This document shows positions 25,774 to 39,038 of a stretch of 64,000 nucleotides of DNA, piece after piece; position 1 is the first letter of the stretch; each line of letters opens with the position of its first letter. Source of the stretch: Phaeosaccion multiseriatum (taxonomy: Eukaryota; Protista; Ochrophyta, other classes); the NCBI GenBank assembly GCA_965112735.1, contig OZ218963.1, positions 2,976,001 to 3,040,000 on the forward strand, in the 5' to 3' direction. The position numbers and the translations under genes are program-made. Under the pieces are notes generated by a model that saw nothing but the letters and a program-made list of their open reading frames with translations, did not search any database and was not told the origin of the DNA.

Positions 25774-28700
25774 ATGCAACGGACGGGTGGTGCTTTCTCG
25801 AACGTGCTGCTGCTGCTGGCCATGTTTCCCGCGAGGAGCCAGGCCTTCACCCTGCACGGCACCGCAGGCAGCAGCGCATCGGCCATGACATCGGGAGTGT
25901 CGCGCTTTAGTGGAGGAGGCAACCTCGGGTCCAGTAGAGCTAGCAACAGTAGAAAGGGATCCGGCTTCCGCACCTGCAATGTCGAAGGGGGAAGAGGGGG
26001 ACTTGAAGAGCTCGCTCGACGCAGAGCAGCGCGCGGAAGGAAGGCGGGGACAGGAGCGGGACTGGTGCTTATGATGGCCAACCCCGAGAACTTCAATATC
26101 AAGGACCAGGACCTCGAGTTCATGTTCTGGGATGAGTCCACGGTGAGCTAAGCAGTTTGCGTGCCTCGTGTTTTGACCTCCACTTCTGCTTCACCTCAGC
26201 CATCTCGCGGACGAGACCTCTGAGTGTACTATCCTGCAGGATGACAAGTAGTAGGAGCAGTAGCAGTCGCAAACCCCTGGGAGCTTGACCCAATTGCGAT
26301 GGGGAGAATTTGGAGGCACCTTGCTCACACCCCCTTCCACATGCATTGTGTTGTTATGCAGGTGTTCGTCAAGGGGGGCACGGGGGGGAACGGGGCCTCC
26401 ACGTACAAGGTGAGGGGGTGTTATGGCGTGTACCGCCTCTGGGGCAGAACGCAAATGGCACAGAGGGCTCTCAGCTCTTCTTGTCGTCATTCCTAGGCAC
26501 TGTCTTCTTCCGCCACTCTCTGCTTGCGTGTGTGTAATGTCACCGCGTAATGTGTGTATGTCTCTCCCTCTGTGTGTGTGTGTGTCTGTGTGTGTAATTG
26601 TATGCATCTCAGGTCGGTACGAACTTCCAACGAGGGGCTCCTGACGGAGGCTCAGGAGGTAGGGGAGGAGACGTATGGATGGAGTGCGACGGAGGGCTCA
26701 ACACGCTATCGGGCCTAAGGGGAAGCTCCTCTTACCACGCCAAGACGGGGCTGCCAGGCACCAGCTGGTACTGCAATGGGAAGGACGGTGAGAGGTAGAG
26801 AGGCAGAGAGGCAGGAGTTCCACTGGAAGGTTCTGCATGGAGCAGCTGTTTTCCGCAGTGTTTTTGTGTATTTCCACAGAGGAAGGAAAGGGGGAGAGGG
26901 ACAGTTAGATTTGTTTTTTTCCCGTTCTTTACCTCGCTTGTTCGTTCGATTTTCAGGTCTTTCGGCGTCTATCAAAGTGCCCCCCGGCACCGTGGTGAAG
27001 GAAAGGGAAACAGGCCGCGTCATCGGAGAACTTAAGAGAGAGGGGGACCGGCTGCGCGTTGCCCGAGGGGGTGACGGGGGCAGGGGCAACGCGGCTCAGA
27101 AATACACGCGAGGTATTGCACCCAAGGCCTCGAGCGCGGAGGCTGGAGAGAAGATGTGGCTGCAGGTAATGAATGAATGAATCAATTAGTGAGTGAGTCG
27201 CTCATGGCAGGCTCGAGGAGGGGAGGAATGGATGTATGGGATCGGATGGGAAAGCTGGATGGTAAGGGAGTAGCTGCCATCCCCCCAGCCTCTCCCCCCA
27301 TCTGTCTGTCCGTCTGACTGTCTGCCACGCAGGCCGTCTCCTATCCCCACTTTTGGGAAAGGGTCGGCGGTGTGTTTGTGTGGGCAAGAAGCTGTGATTT
27401 GAGTATGGTGGAGAGATTCGGGGGGGGGCGACGCTGACTGAGCAGGGGCTGAGCAGCAGTGGAGTCCGATTGCCCGCGACTTTTGCACTGCTTCGCTCGT
27501 GCGCGGGCCCGTGTAAGTATGCCCACGCCGCAAGCACGCACGCACACAGACACACTTTTGGTCTGCTCACTCCAGCGTCGTGCTCCCCTACCTCTGCTTG
27601 TGCATGTGCGTGTCCCGCTTGGGATCGATTCTATTGTGTTCATTCATTCACTTGCTTCAATCTCAGCTTGAGCTGCGGCTCGTGGCGGACATTGGCTTAG
27701 TGGGCGTCCCCAGCGCTGGAAAGAGCAGGTGTGCGTGTGTATGTGTGCCCCCGTGCGTGTGTGTGACTTGACACACCATACCCCCTGTGTTGTTCCCCTT
27801 GGTGGTTGAAGCCTTACATCCTCATCCTCCTCAGAGGAGACACCGTTAGTTATGAATTTGCATCATTCTTATCGTACCTTACTTAAGCTTACTTCCATGC
27901 TCGTCCTCGACCCCCCCCCGGCCTCCCTGCCCGCCTCAATTCCAGTTTGTTGGCCAAGGCTAGTAACGCCAAACCCAAGATTGCTGACTACCCCTTCACC
28001 ACCCTCATCCCCAATCTCGGAGTGTGCGACCCGGGGGAGAATGGCTTTCTAGGTCAGTCGTATAGTACGTACGTTCGTAAGTCAACGCACCTTTTACCTA
28101 GATAGTTACAGGGCAAAAGAAGTGCCCACCACAGGATGAAAAGGTCTCACGACCTTTCCCTTCCCTTGCTTTCCTTCCTTCCTCCCCGGCTTTCTTCGAC
28201 CCTCCCCCCTCCTTCGCACGCTCCACACTTTGCACCTCACCCCTTACCCCTCTGTCCTGACACCCCTTACCCCTCACACCGGACCCCTCACCATCGGCCG
28301 TTCTCAGGCCAAGGCATGGTTCTGGCAGACATCCCCGGAATGTTGGAGGGAGCTCACAGAGGCGTGGGGCTAGGGAGGGCCTTCCTCAGGCATGTGGAGC
28401 GCTGCCGAGTCATCATTCACGTCATTAGCGGGTCGTCACCAGACCCCATTGGAGACTTTAAGGTGAGGAGGAGAAAGCAAAGGGAAGGGGGCTTACTTTC
28501 TTTATGGGGGCCCAAGGAAGGGGGAAGGGGGGGGGGTCCCTTTCATCAGGGAGTCGAAAGGAGGGGAAGGGGAGCGAAGGCGAGAGGCCTTCACGTTTCA
28601 TACGGGAGTTGACTCCCACTCCTTGGGGCCTGAAATGAGAGGGAGGGATGGCCTGACGAAGTGAAGAGGATAGCCGAAGGAAGAGAAGATGGTGGCCTCA

Positions 28701-31039
28701 GGAAGAGAAGAGGATGGCCTGAGGAGGACTGAGGGGGGATGGTGTGAGGAAGACGGGGAGTGGCCAAGTCTCTTGTGGACGAAATGGATGTGCCGGCACA
28801 GGGCGGCATGGTGTTTGAGGGGTGTGTGCCACGCTAAGAAACATGTGCTGTGTGCCCTCGGCAAAGGGCGTTACATGTTACAGTCATCTCTCCTTTCTGC
28901 TTCTCTTGTCCGACTCCTTCCGGCAGGCCATCAATCAAGAACTGGCCCTCTTCAGCCCCTCCCTCGGGGAAAAGCCTCAGGTACAGTGTGTGTGTGCATA
29001 GTCTTTGTGAAGATGTTGAGCATCGCGAGGCTTCCATTCGAGGCTCTATTTGTAACAAAACTAGTCTCTCTCGCTCTCGCTCTCTTTTCTCGCACCTCCA
29101 TCCTCCTCTCGAAGCCAGCCCCCCCTCCCCCCCCTTAAAGCTCACGCACGCGCCCACCCACGCACCGCCGCCCTCATCAGGTTGTGGTACTGAACAAGAT
29201 CGACCTGCCCGAAGTGGCACCCCGCCAGCAGGAGCTCCTCGAGGGACTCCGGGCCGAGATGGACCACACGAGGCTCCTGTCCATCTCTGCGTTGGACGGG
29301 TGAGGGGCTCCTTTTGTTCTTTGGTTATGACTGGGTTTTTCGGATATGGCTCTTCCCTGCCACCCTCCCACCCTCCCCTCCCACTCACTTTGGCGTTTCA
29401 ATCCGATCACTACCCACCACATAAATGTTGTGGACTGTGGGTGGACTGTGGGTGGGGTTGGCGTGTGCCGGGGCGGAGAGGTAGTTGTAAGCGGGGGAGT
29501 GGATGAAAGGGTAGGAGCAGACCGCACCGCACTCACCTCTGCTGTCTGTCCGATAGCTGGAAAGCCGATACGATACCACTCTGCGAAGCCCTTCTCTTTT
29601 TCCCTCTGACGTGAGAGTGTGTCGTGTGTTTGGCTGTGCCCCTTCTGTGTCTGCTTCTCTCTCCACCCTCACAGTGACAATGTTTCCGAGTTGATGCGGC
29701 GCTCACGGCAGTTCCTGGATAAGGTCATACGCGACGAGGCCCAGAAGGTAACGCTGCGTTGGCTTTGCTTAACTCCCTCCCCAGCTCTCCCCATAGAAAG
29801 TCCATTTGCTTTGCCTTAACTCCCTCCACAGCCTTCCCTTCTGCTTTCCCCTCAAACTCCGCACCCTAGCCCCACCGCATCCCCGCTGTGCGTACTTCCC
29901 CTCACACGCACCTCCGCTGTGCGTACTTCCCCTCACACGCACCCCCGCTGTGCGTACTTCCCCTCACACACCCCCCCGCTGTGCGTACTTCCCCTCACAT
30001 GCACCTACGTGATGACTCCTCGCGTCCACCTTTCACTCTTCACCGCTCACCCCAGGCCCGCCGTTTGGCGGCCCTTAGGGCGGACAAGCAGCGAGCAGCG
30101 ATGGAGGAAGACCCCGACGCCAACGTTGACGACTTAATCAACGCTTCCCGAGTGTCCGCAGCGGGGGAGGGCATGTGGCTGCTCAGTGATGCAAGGGTGG
30201 AGCAGGTGAGAGGAAGAGAAGAAGAAGAAGAAGAAGAAGAAGAAGAAGAAGAAGAAGAAGAAGAAGAAGAAGAAGAAGAAGAAGGAGGAGGAGGGGGGGG
30301 GGGGGGAGGAGGACGAGGAGGAGGAGGACGAGGAGGAGGAGGACGAGGAGGAGGAGGACAAGGAGGAGGAGGAGGAGGAGGAGGAGGAGGAGGAGGAGGA
30401 GGAGGAGGAGGAGGAGGAACACAGAGAGGGGACTCGGTTGCTCGGAGCCTCTTCTGTGCTGGCTGGGGCAGTTATCACTCAATGGCTGGGGCAGTTATCA
30501 ATCAATCTATCATCATTGGTGGTGAAGCCAGCAGCCAGTCTACAGTGGATGGGAGTGTGAGGGGCGTCACCGAAGAGCAAGTTATGTGTGCGTTTGCCTC
30601 TGCCGCTTCGCACTCCCCTTCGAACTCCATGCCACGTTTCGCACACATGCGGATGAAGAACACTTGCAGGAGGGGGCGGAGCGGTGGTGTGTGTGTGTGT
30701 GTGTGTGTGTGTGTAGGAGGGGGGGGGGAGGGGCTGCGTACTCACACATGAAGGCATGTTACATAAGACCCGTACAACACACCACACACCACACTCACAC
30801 ATACCCCCTCCCCCACCCCTCAGATGGTGCAGACCATAGACTGGGACTATTACGGCTCCGAGGCGCGCTTCATGGTGCTGCTGGAGTCTCTGGGCCTGGT
30901 GGAAGAGTTGCAGCAAGCGGGGGCGGAGGACGGGGAGTTGCTGCTGGTGGGCGACATGCAGATCGCGTATAAGGACCCTGGGGGGGCGGCATCCTCTTCC
31001 AGGGGAGGGGAGGTTGGCAGCAGAGCCGCTCTGCTGTAG
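25774..31039 (+). CDS. obg: Obg/CgtA GTPase, plastid-targeted, multi-exon (alternative ATG at 25726)
   Basis: [110 protein letters not shown] and a C-terminal OCT-like domain ([19 protein letters not shown]) are present. The signal peptide ends in an SQA|F motif. Confidence 0.95.
29879..30000. repeat. Intronic ~31-bp tandem repeat x4
   Basis: ccccgctgtgcgtacttcccctcacacgca units are repeated. Confidence 0.85.
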
Positions 31040-31191
31040 GAGGGAGCAGTAGCAATAACTACGATGTCCCATCTCCCTCCTCCTCCTCCTCCTCCTCCTC
31101 CTCCCCCTCCTCCTCCAACGTTTTGGTTCCTTCGTTCCGGTGCCGCTGAGGGGAGATGAGAGGAGAGGTGAAGGCCCACACCCCCAGTCAA

Positions 31192-31315
31192 CCCCTGATA
31201 CACTATCCGCTATCCGCTATCGGCCTGCGCCAGCCGGCACGCTATCCGCTATCGGCCGGCGCCAGCCGGCGCGCTATCCGGCCCCCCGGGGCCCGATAGC
31301 GCGCTGTATCAGGAG
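31192..31315. mobile_element. Short palindromic MITE, family C (GCTATC repeats), degenerate copy
   Basis: It runs CCCCTGATAC...GTATCAGGAG, with internal (gctatcc)n and gccggc motifs shared with 42189-42349. Confidence 0.75.
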
Positions 31316-31381
31316 TTTTTTTTTTTCGGAGAACCAACAGCTTTATTACAGTTACATTTACTTTAGGGAGGGGGTTCTTCA

Positions 31382-32188
31382 ATGGCCTCTCTCGCATCGA
31401 GGAAGCCACCAGTGCCACCTGAACTGGAAGTGAGTGTGGAAAAGTAGGACAACACTTCTCTCTTCCTCCTCGTTTTGGGTGGCCCTGTTTCCTCAGTCTC
31501 CCCATTCCTCTCTGATCTTGTCTGCCTCTGCGTCCTTGTCCGCACTCCAGGGCTACTTCCACCAGCTTAAGCGTAACCACATCCTGGGAGGCTGGAAGAA
31601 GCGATGGTTTACTGTGGAGCCCACCACGAGGCAGCTCGAGTACTTCCGAGACAAGGAGGTGAGAGAGAGGGGGCAAATGGAAGGATGGAGGAAGAGACAC
31701 GAAAGGAGGCTTTGCAAGCCAGTGCTCAGGCAAGCAGACTTTAAAGCAGTCTCCTGCTCACGTGTTGCTTCCAAGCAATCAAAATATTTTGCTCAAGTGT
31801 TCGCCTCCGCCTACTTTCCTTTCCTGCCTTCCTTCCGGCCTCCTTTCATCTCTCTCTCCCTCCCTCCACCGCTCATTCTCAATACTCGTTGCTTTGCTCC
31901 TCCTTTAGGATGCGTCAAGGGGTACCATACAGCCCTCGGGTGCCATCCGGCTCGAGGACATTAGCTCCGTTCGAGTGATGGACAAAGGTCTGCTCAGCGA
32001 ACGATGGTGATTTCATAATTCTCTCTGTTGTACTCCTTACTCGTTGTTCCCACGCCTCCCACTTTCTCTCAGCCGCTCGAACCTTCACCGTGGAGAGCTC
32101 TGCTCGCTCCTTCCTCCTCAGGGCAGAGAGCTCTGCTCAGCTGACGGCGTGGTACGAGGCGCTGGCAGACTTTGTGCAGAAGAGTAGG
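31382..32188 (+). CDS. Small pleckstrin-homology (PH) domain protein, multi-exon; terminal exon not resolved
   Basis: Exons 31382-31429, 31551-31658, ~31909-31987 and 32073-32188 give MASLASRKPPVPPELE/GYFHQLKRNHILGGWKKRWFTVEPTTRQLEYFRDKE/..PSGAIRLEDISSV../RTFTVESSARSFLLRAESSAQLTAWYEAL, a canonical PH pattern including the terminal-helix Trp. Confidence 0.85.
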
Positions 32189-32755
32189 GTGAGTCGTTAA
32201 ACATGAACAGCTGTTCATGCACAATCCTAACAAAGTGTACCGCTTCCTCCCCATCTTGTCTCCGTGCTGCTGCCTCACCTGAGGCCAGCAATACGAGGTG
32301 TGGAAATGCTCCACAACTCAGCCCCCCCTCCTTGCGCTTTCTGATTGAGTGCAGCGCCTTGTCGTGGAGTCGACCGCCAGGAGGAATCGGACCAGCTGTG
32401 TGAGTGTGTGCGGGGGGGGGGGACTTGTCCCCACCCCCTGCGCTAAGCACACAAAGGTCAGGAGCCTCCGTTAACTGTCCCGGTCAGCACGCACGCACGC
32501 AGGCACGCACGCATACACACACACCAACAGAGCCGCGCACAGCCACCCAAACATCAGAGGGAAGAGCGGAAAGGGGTTGCAAAGCGCCTTCTCCTTCTTT
32601 GGCAAATTAGAAGTACTGTAAATTCAATTTCTACGGCCATACCCGTCCCAAGGGCTCCTACTCAGAATGTCTCAGTCGAGCCTTCAGTCGAGCCTTGATG
32701 CCAAAGTAACGGTGAGAGACTCCGCGTACTGAGACAAGGGAAGAATAATCCTTCC

Positions 32756-33875
32756 TCACTTCTTGGCAGTCTCGAAGTTGGCTGAGAACCACTCGCACAC
32801 CTGTTGAGAGAGGCGCGCGGCAAGGCAGTGAAAGGGAGGAAATGCGCAGTATGTAGCCGACTCTCCTTCCCTCCCTCCTCGTACACCCTCCTCCCTCCCT
32901 CCCTCCCTCCCTCCCTCCCTCTCCTTCTTTCTTCTCCGCCCACGTTCCCGCCCGTTCTCCGCCCTCCCTGTTTATCTTTCTGCCACCACACCCGTAGACC
33001 CAACGCACGCACCTGTCTTAGCCCGTCCTCCATGGTGGTGAACTCGAAGTCGGGCCTGTGCTTCATCAAAAGAGCGTTGGATGCAGTCTTCTTGTACTGA
33101 CCGTCGGACTGAAGTTGCAAGTTGAGTTAAGCAGGTGAGCGAGCGAGTGAGCGCTTGAGTAGTGAGCGAGGGCGGCGAAAGGCACCCCAAAACAACTACA
33201 CATCGCCCGAGCGCCCTGCCGCCCTCCCCTTCTAGTCATCAAACAATAGAACCAAAGGCCAAAGCAAATCAAAAGAAAACCGACGCCAAAAGGCACCTCT
33301 CCCCCCAGCCGCCCTTCCTTCTTTCGCGAGCAACAACCAAGTTGAGTAGTTAGTTGGCTACACGCCCCGTACCTTGGTCGTGTCAAAGATGATCTTGTCT
33401 TGATCGTAGTCCATGCCCTTCGCTACCGCCCGAGCGCAGTCTGCGATGGAAATCTCGCGGTCCTGTACACACGCGCACACACGCACACACACACAACACA
33501 CCCACACACATACACACGACAAAGGAAGGAGGGAAGGAAGACAGTCAGAGGTCAGCAGAGCGCCAGGCACACGGCAGGGTACAGGGTTGGCACGAGAGAG
33601 TTTCGGAGGATACAAAAGAAAGAGTAGGAATGCGCAGGTCAAGGTCACCCTTCGCTCACCTCTCCCACCGACAGGATGATGGGGTCCACCGAGTCGTAGC
33701 TGCGCATCGTCCACACCATCAGCGCACCAAGGTCCACGTTGTAGATGAACTGGCGCAGAGGAGAGCCTGAAGACAAGAGGGGAAAAGCAGAGCAGAGCAG
33801 GACCAACACAACACATCAGGACACGCCGAATCATCTGTATCTCTGCCCTCTCTCTCTCCCTGCTCCCCCCCTCCT

Positions 33876-33951
<76 letters not shown>

Positions 33952-34816
33952 GAGCCCCAGATGGTAAAGTCGGTTCCGTTCTTCTTGGCGAGGTAGCACT
34001 TGTGCACGAGGCCGGGGATGACGTGCCCGTTCTCGATGGAGAAGTTGTCGTGCTTGCCGTAAATGTTGGTGGGGATGACAGATGTAAAGTTGCAGCCGTA
34101 CTCCTGCAAGGGTGAGTGGAACATCGTCCAAAGAAGCGGTGGGGGCGGAGGTGGGCCGTTCAGTTTTGTAGTGCGACACGTGGCATGCGCATCAGCGCCT
34201 GTAGCGAGGAAGGGTATGCTCCTATCGTCCCACCGAGCCAAGGGATATATACATGTGGTATGCTTTGGAAGTGTATTCGCACACGCCTCTGTGTCTGTCA
34301 CCCATCGCACCTCCTTATAGCAGCGGTTCATAACGTCAATCATACGCTTCGCGTACGCGTAGCCCTCGTTGGAGGAGTGGGGGGGGCCGTTGTGGATCAT
34401 AGTCTCGTCGATGGGGTACGACGTCTGTGGTGGGCGGACGTGTCGGCGGTAGTTACATGCAAATAGATCAGAGAAAGGGGTGTGCGGTATATTCGCCCAC
34501 TCATGCCCTCTACGCCCTACCCCACCCTCCACACTCCAGCACAGTCCTACGGAAGCGCTCGAATCTGATCCACTCATTGTAATGTGTTGCTCCCTGCCCC
34601 ACACGCGCACACACACACACTCACTCCCGCGCTTCACGTAGAGTACTCACGCAGAGTACGTCCCTGCCTGCCTGCCCTCCCTCTCCGCTATTTCGTAATT
34701 CTCAGCCCAACTCACCTTATCAGGGAAGACGCAGGTGCTACACGCCATCGACAGAGAGACACAAGAGGAGGGAGCAGGTAGCACCAGAACGACCAGGGGG
34801 GGGAAGCGAGAGAGGC

Positions 34817-34902
<86 letters not shown>

Positions 34903-35542
34903 AGAGTGCGAAAAGCAGAGAACATTTAGCACAAGCCTTCATTTTATCTCCCTCCGTCCGAACCCCGTGACACAGGACGGCCCTTCCTTGTTTCACATCA
35001 CAACCCACCCCTATGAGGGAAGGCGGTGTGTGTGTGTACCTGAGGCAGGAGACGAGCTTCTGCACCTTGAATTCCTTGCAGCATTCCATGACGTTGTCGT
35101 TGATGAGCATGTTCTCCCGGTAGAACTCCACTTTGTAGTTCAGGTTGGCAAACAGGCCCCCCACCTACAGCAAAGGCGTGATACAACACGCGAACGAGAT
35201 GCGGGCTTACGATGATCCTCGCAATACCACACAGATAGGCTCTTTCTTTCTTTAGGCTCTTTCTTTCTTTGGTAAATTTTGTTTTGTTTTGAGAAACGCA
35301 GCAACGCAATCTTTCAAGCCCCCACTCACCCTGGCGGCGAGGTGGATGCAGTGAGTAGGTTGATACTTCTCGAAGACCTTCCTGCACGCCTCCTTGTCCT
35401 TCATGTCCCCGTCCTTGGAGCCGAGGAATACGTACTCCTCATTCGCCTGCGCCTCCGTGTCCGAGCTGACAAACTCCTCAATACCCTTGCCCACCAGGCC
35501 GGTTCCACCCGTCACCAACACCTTCCTCTTCACGTCGGCCAT
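32756..35542 (-). CDS. GFUS: GDP-L-fucose synthase (GDP-4-keto-6-deoxymannose epimerase-reductase), multi-exon
   Basis: [93 protein letters not shown] and [14 protein letters not shown] are present. Confidence 0.96.
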
Positions 35543-35604
35543 GTTGTCCTTGCTGTAGGTATTCAACAAGTGTATCTAGCTCGGAGGAGAGAAGAGAGGG
35601 CGCG

Positions 35605-38363
35605 GGGCCCTTGTATGTCAATTAACCCCCTTGTATGTCAATTAACCGCCCTGAATCTCCGAAATTTTCTTGTCATTTTTTTGGGATCGGCTGGGGCACG
35701 TGAGGGAGGAGATGAATACTAGATATACGGACTATCCCAGACGAAGCGCTTGCGCAAGCTTGAGGAAAACACAGTGAACTCGGGATTGGGCAGCTGAGAG
35801 CGTGCTCGCAGCAGCTTTGTGGCAAGAACTAGCGGGTGAGCGGCAAAGGTGCGTTTTTCTCCAACCTTGGTTTCGATAGAGAGAGAGGACGGAGGGGGGT
35901 ATACCCATAGAGATAAGCGGGGTCCAAGACAGAATCTCTTCTCCAGGAGTATACGAAACTTTTCATATGCAACGCATGCTCTTGCGCCTCCAGCTCGTCG
36001 GCAATTTGGCCCCTGAAGTTAGGGTACTCCACCGTCACAGTTGCATGTCTCTGAGACGTGGACGCTGCTCTGTTCTACCGATTTTCAGGGCCCATCAGGG
36101 CGTCATCTGGTCCGCAGGATACGTCTGACGACTCCCGTACCGCCGCTGTCCATGGGCGGAGGGCAAGAGGTCTATGGCAGGTCGTCGCCCGAGGTGGCCG
36201 AAAATGTGAGGGCGCACGAGAGGGGGAGAGGGCGTGAGATGGAAGGCTTTGCCTGGCAGTTACGAGGGGTCCAAGTGGGATCAATATCAATCATATGTAG
36301 CCTGGCTTGTGACAAAGTTTTAGCTTCAAAGGTCATAATCCCATGTGCAAAATCGCATACGTGTACTCCCCTTTCTTTTGCCTTTGAAGGGCCCTTTCTG
36401 TGAGGTCATGAGCGGCCGATCCCACGCCCCGTCAGAGCATCGGTCTTACTTAAGGGGCGTTATACTAACTCCCCTGCCCCCTGTTATTGCGGGACGTGGG
36501 TGGTGGGGCTATCGGGGGGACTTCGACATCTTCCCCCGATGTCACTGCATAGGTGGGGAAGTATGAGGGTGGAGAGGAAAGGGAATGGAACCTTCCCGGC
36601 GGAGTCAAGGGCGACACAAGGTGTGTTGTGGTATCTAGTGTGTGAGCTGTCAGATGTCCAGCTTTCAGCTTCAGCGAGCTTAACAAGACATGGGAAATCA
36701 CCTCGTGTCCACCTCCCTAATTTTGGCCCCTTCGGTTAGGTCATCACGAGGGTCATTACCGGGGCAGGAGAACGACTGCGGCGACCATCCTGCCTCTCTT
36801 CAGGGAGCGAGAAGGTAAGGAGCAAGGGGTTTACGAGCGGCAGTGGCCAGACGAGCGGAGGGAAGAGAAAGAGGCGTCCAGATAGAAGTCAAGCTTATCC
36901 GCCTCGTCGTCCACCCCGAGGGACGCCGTTGCTGCACGATCAGCTGCAGCTCCTCCTGGCTACTGCGGATGAGCGTGCTCGTATTGAAGCCTACCAGCCA
37001 CGAGTGAGAGAAGCTCAATCAAGCAGCAGCTGGACGCGCCATCGGCAGCCGAGGCGGCCATGGGAGCTGAGCCGGAGAAGGGGGGGGGGGGGGGGAGGTA
37101 GCGTGCTGTTGCTGTGGGTGGTGGTGCTCGTCGTGGCACACGATCGAGAAGCGATTGTGACTCAGGGGCGACAGGGCGATGAGCCGCAAGGCCATACTCA
37201 AGTCGCCGACCGCTCTGTATGCAGAGAAAGTGAGGTGGAGGCCGTGGCAGGGGGGTTAGGAGCTGCCAGAGGAGGGCTTGGCGGGCTACAGAGACGGATT
37301 TCGCAGGTAAGACGGAGCCTCGTGTAGCATCTATAGTAGTAGTAGCCGTAGCAGCACTGATAAGGGGAGGAGGGGCAGTGTGTGTACAGTTGGAGCTGCC
37401 CATCCGTGAAATTGGGTTAAAATGACGAATATACACATAGATAGCGTTGTAAATCGCATCCTCGCCAAGGAGAGCATGTAAAGAGTACCAAATCGGCGCA
37501 TGGTCATGAGGTATAGCCTCGCGTTGTATCTGGCCCATATCTATCGTCATACCCTCTCTTCCCCCTCGATCGAGGGTCAGGATGACGACGAAAAGGGGCC
37601 CTTCACACTTGTAAATTCTCTCCCTCGCTCTGTAGCTCCTGAAAGGACACTTCGAGCTGCCCAGCACTCAGCAGACTATGTATTCCTCAAGTCTTCTCAA
37701 GGGTTTCGTATCTCGTGGTCTGCTGGTCGCACACGCTCCTCCCTCTCCTCACCATTTTTGAGGTGAAAACTGCTGCCATAAGTGTTTCCATCTCGCCTCA
37801 CCCCTTCTGCTCCACAGCACCTGCAATCGCACTCTTAGCTGCTCAACGTCGACTTCCATATGTGGGTCGCAGTCTGCTCAAAGCCATTCCTCCCTCATGG
37901 GCTCTTGCTCGCACACGCTCTTCCCCCACTCCCCCCTTGCTTGTTTGAGGCCCAAATTCCCGCCAAAGCAACGGACATTTCAGCTCCACATGTTAGCCCA
38001 CTATCTCCTAAGACCGCGCTCCCAGCTTTACATCGGCTATTTGACTACATAATTCGTATTCAGCCCGAAGATTATCACCTCTTGTGTGAGCTACGCCTCT
38101 CTCTTTCTCCCTTGTTCAGGGGCAAAGATCTCGTCAACATAGGAGCACATTTCACGCACCTTCTAAATCGCTCTATACAGACGCAACAATCAGACTTTCA
38201 GCTGCTCAGCATCTAGAATACTGTCTTTTCCTCAGATCTCCCCAAGCGCTTCGCCTGTGGTGCTCTGTAGCGTGCGTAATACCTCTTTTCCTGAGCCCAC
38301 TCGAATTTTGGTTCCACTGATTTTCTACTGACATTTATCGGGGTTAATTGACATACAAGGGCC
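35605..38363. mobile_element. Foldback-like non-autonomous element, family A, copy 1 (~2.75 kb)
   Basis: The left TIR GGGCCCTTGTATGTCAATTAACCCC (35605-35629, core 20-mer tandemly duplicated) matches the reverse complement at 38340-38363. The arms are diverged inverted homologues and no transposase is recognised. Confidence 0.8.
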
Positions 38364-38379
38364 GATAAATGTCACAGTA

Positions 38380-38768
38380 CTGTGATTTCGCGGTTGAGTG
38401 GCACTTTTTACGCCCAATTACGCCCCATTAATTTTTTTTTACGCCGAATGACGACTTTTTTTACGACGTTTGACGACGTTTGACGACGCTTTAGCCCCCT
38501 ATTTGACGCCCTTTGACGCCCTTTGACGCTCTTTGACGCCCTTTTATCTTAATTCGCCTTACTTTCGTCTAAAAAAAATCACGTAAAAAAAAATCACGGA
38601 AAAGGGCGTCAAAGGGCGTCAAAAGGCGTCAAAGGGCGTCAAATAGGGGGCTAATAAAGCGTCGTCAAACGTCGTCAAACGTCGTCAAAAAAATCGTCAT
38701 TTGGCGTTAAAAAAAATTAATGGGGCGTCATTGGGCGTCAAAAGTGCCACTCAACCGCGAAATCACAG
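38380..38768. mobile_element. Complete TGACG-rich palindromic MITE (family B), 389 bp, TA-flanked
   Basis: It runs TA|CTGTGATTTCGCGGTTGAGTGGCACTTTT...AAAAGTGCCACTCAACCGCGAAATCACAG|TA and is nearly palindromic throughout. TA duplication is typical of Tc1/mariner-group MITEs. Confidence 0.9.
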
Positions 38769-38838
38769 TAGCGTTCGCCAGTTTCAGTTTCCGCTCCTCT
38801 TTCCTTTCCCCCCCCCTTGGCGGTAAACCTATTGGAAA

Positions 38839-39038
38839 CTTAATTCGCCTTAATTTCGTCTAAAAAAAATCACGTAAAAAAAAATCACGGAAAAGGGCGC
38901 AAAAGGGCGTCAAAGGGCGTCAAAAGGCGTCAAAGGGCGTCAAATAGGGGGCTTAAAGCGTCGTCAAACGTCGTCAACCGTCGTCAAAAAAGTCGTCATT
39001 TGGCGTAAAAAAAAATTAATGGGGCGTAATTGGGCGTA
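38839..39038. mobile_element. Internal right-half fragment of MITE family B
   Basis: It is a near copy of 38548-38740 and joins element A copy 2 at a TA dinucleotide. Confidence 0.85.

Noticed and set aside
1195-30751. Long poly-Pro/Glu/His/Leu/Ser ORFs in the track (e.g. 1241-1615, 4869-5477, 21311-22117, 22090-23142, 29888-30751)
   Set aside because: They are stop-free trinucleotide microsatellites inside introns of recognised genes. Conserved protein motifs splice around them.
35605-35647. GTCAATTAACCCC resembles ends of IS200/IS605 (IscB/TnpB omega-RNA) elements, suggesting a Fanzor-like locus
   Set aside because: Here the motif is part of a true inverted terminal repeat pair. I see no RuvC/HNH ORF or remnant in the element.
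35755-38240. In-frame TGA aligned with TGC across the ~182-bp units of element A (selenocysteine-like signature)
   Set aside because: The same frame has TAG/TAA stops and frameshifts. Nucleotide-level conservation of 'tgagga' explains the pattern.
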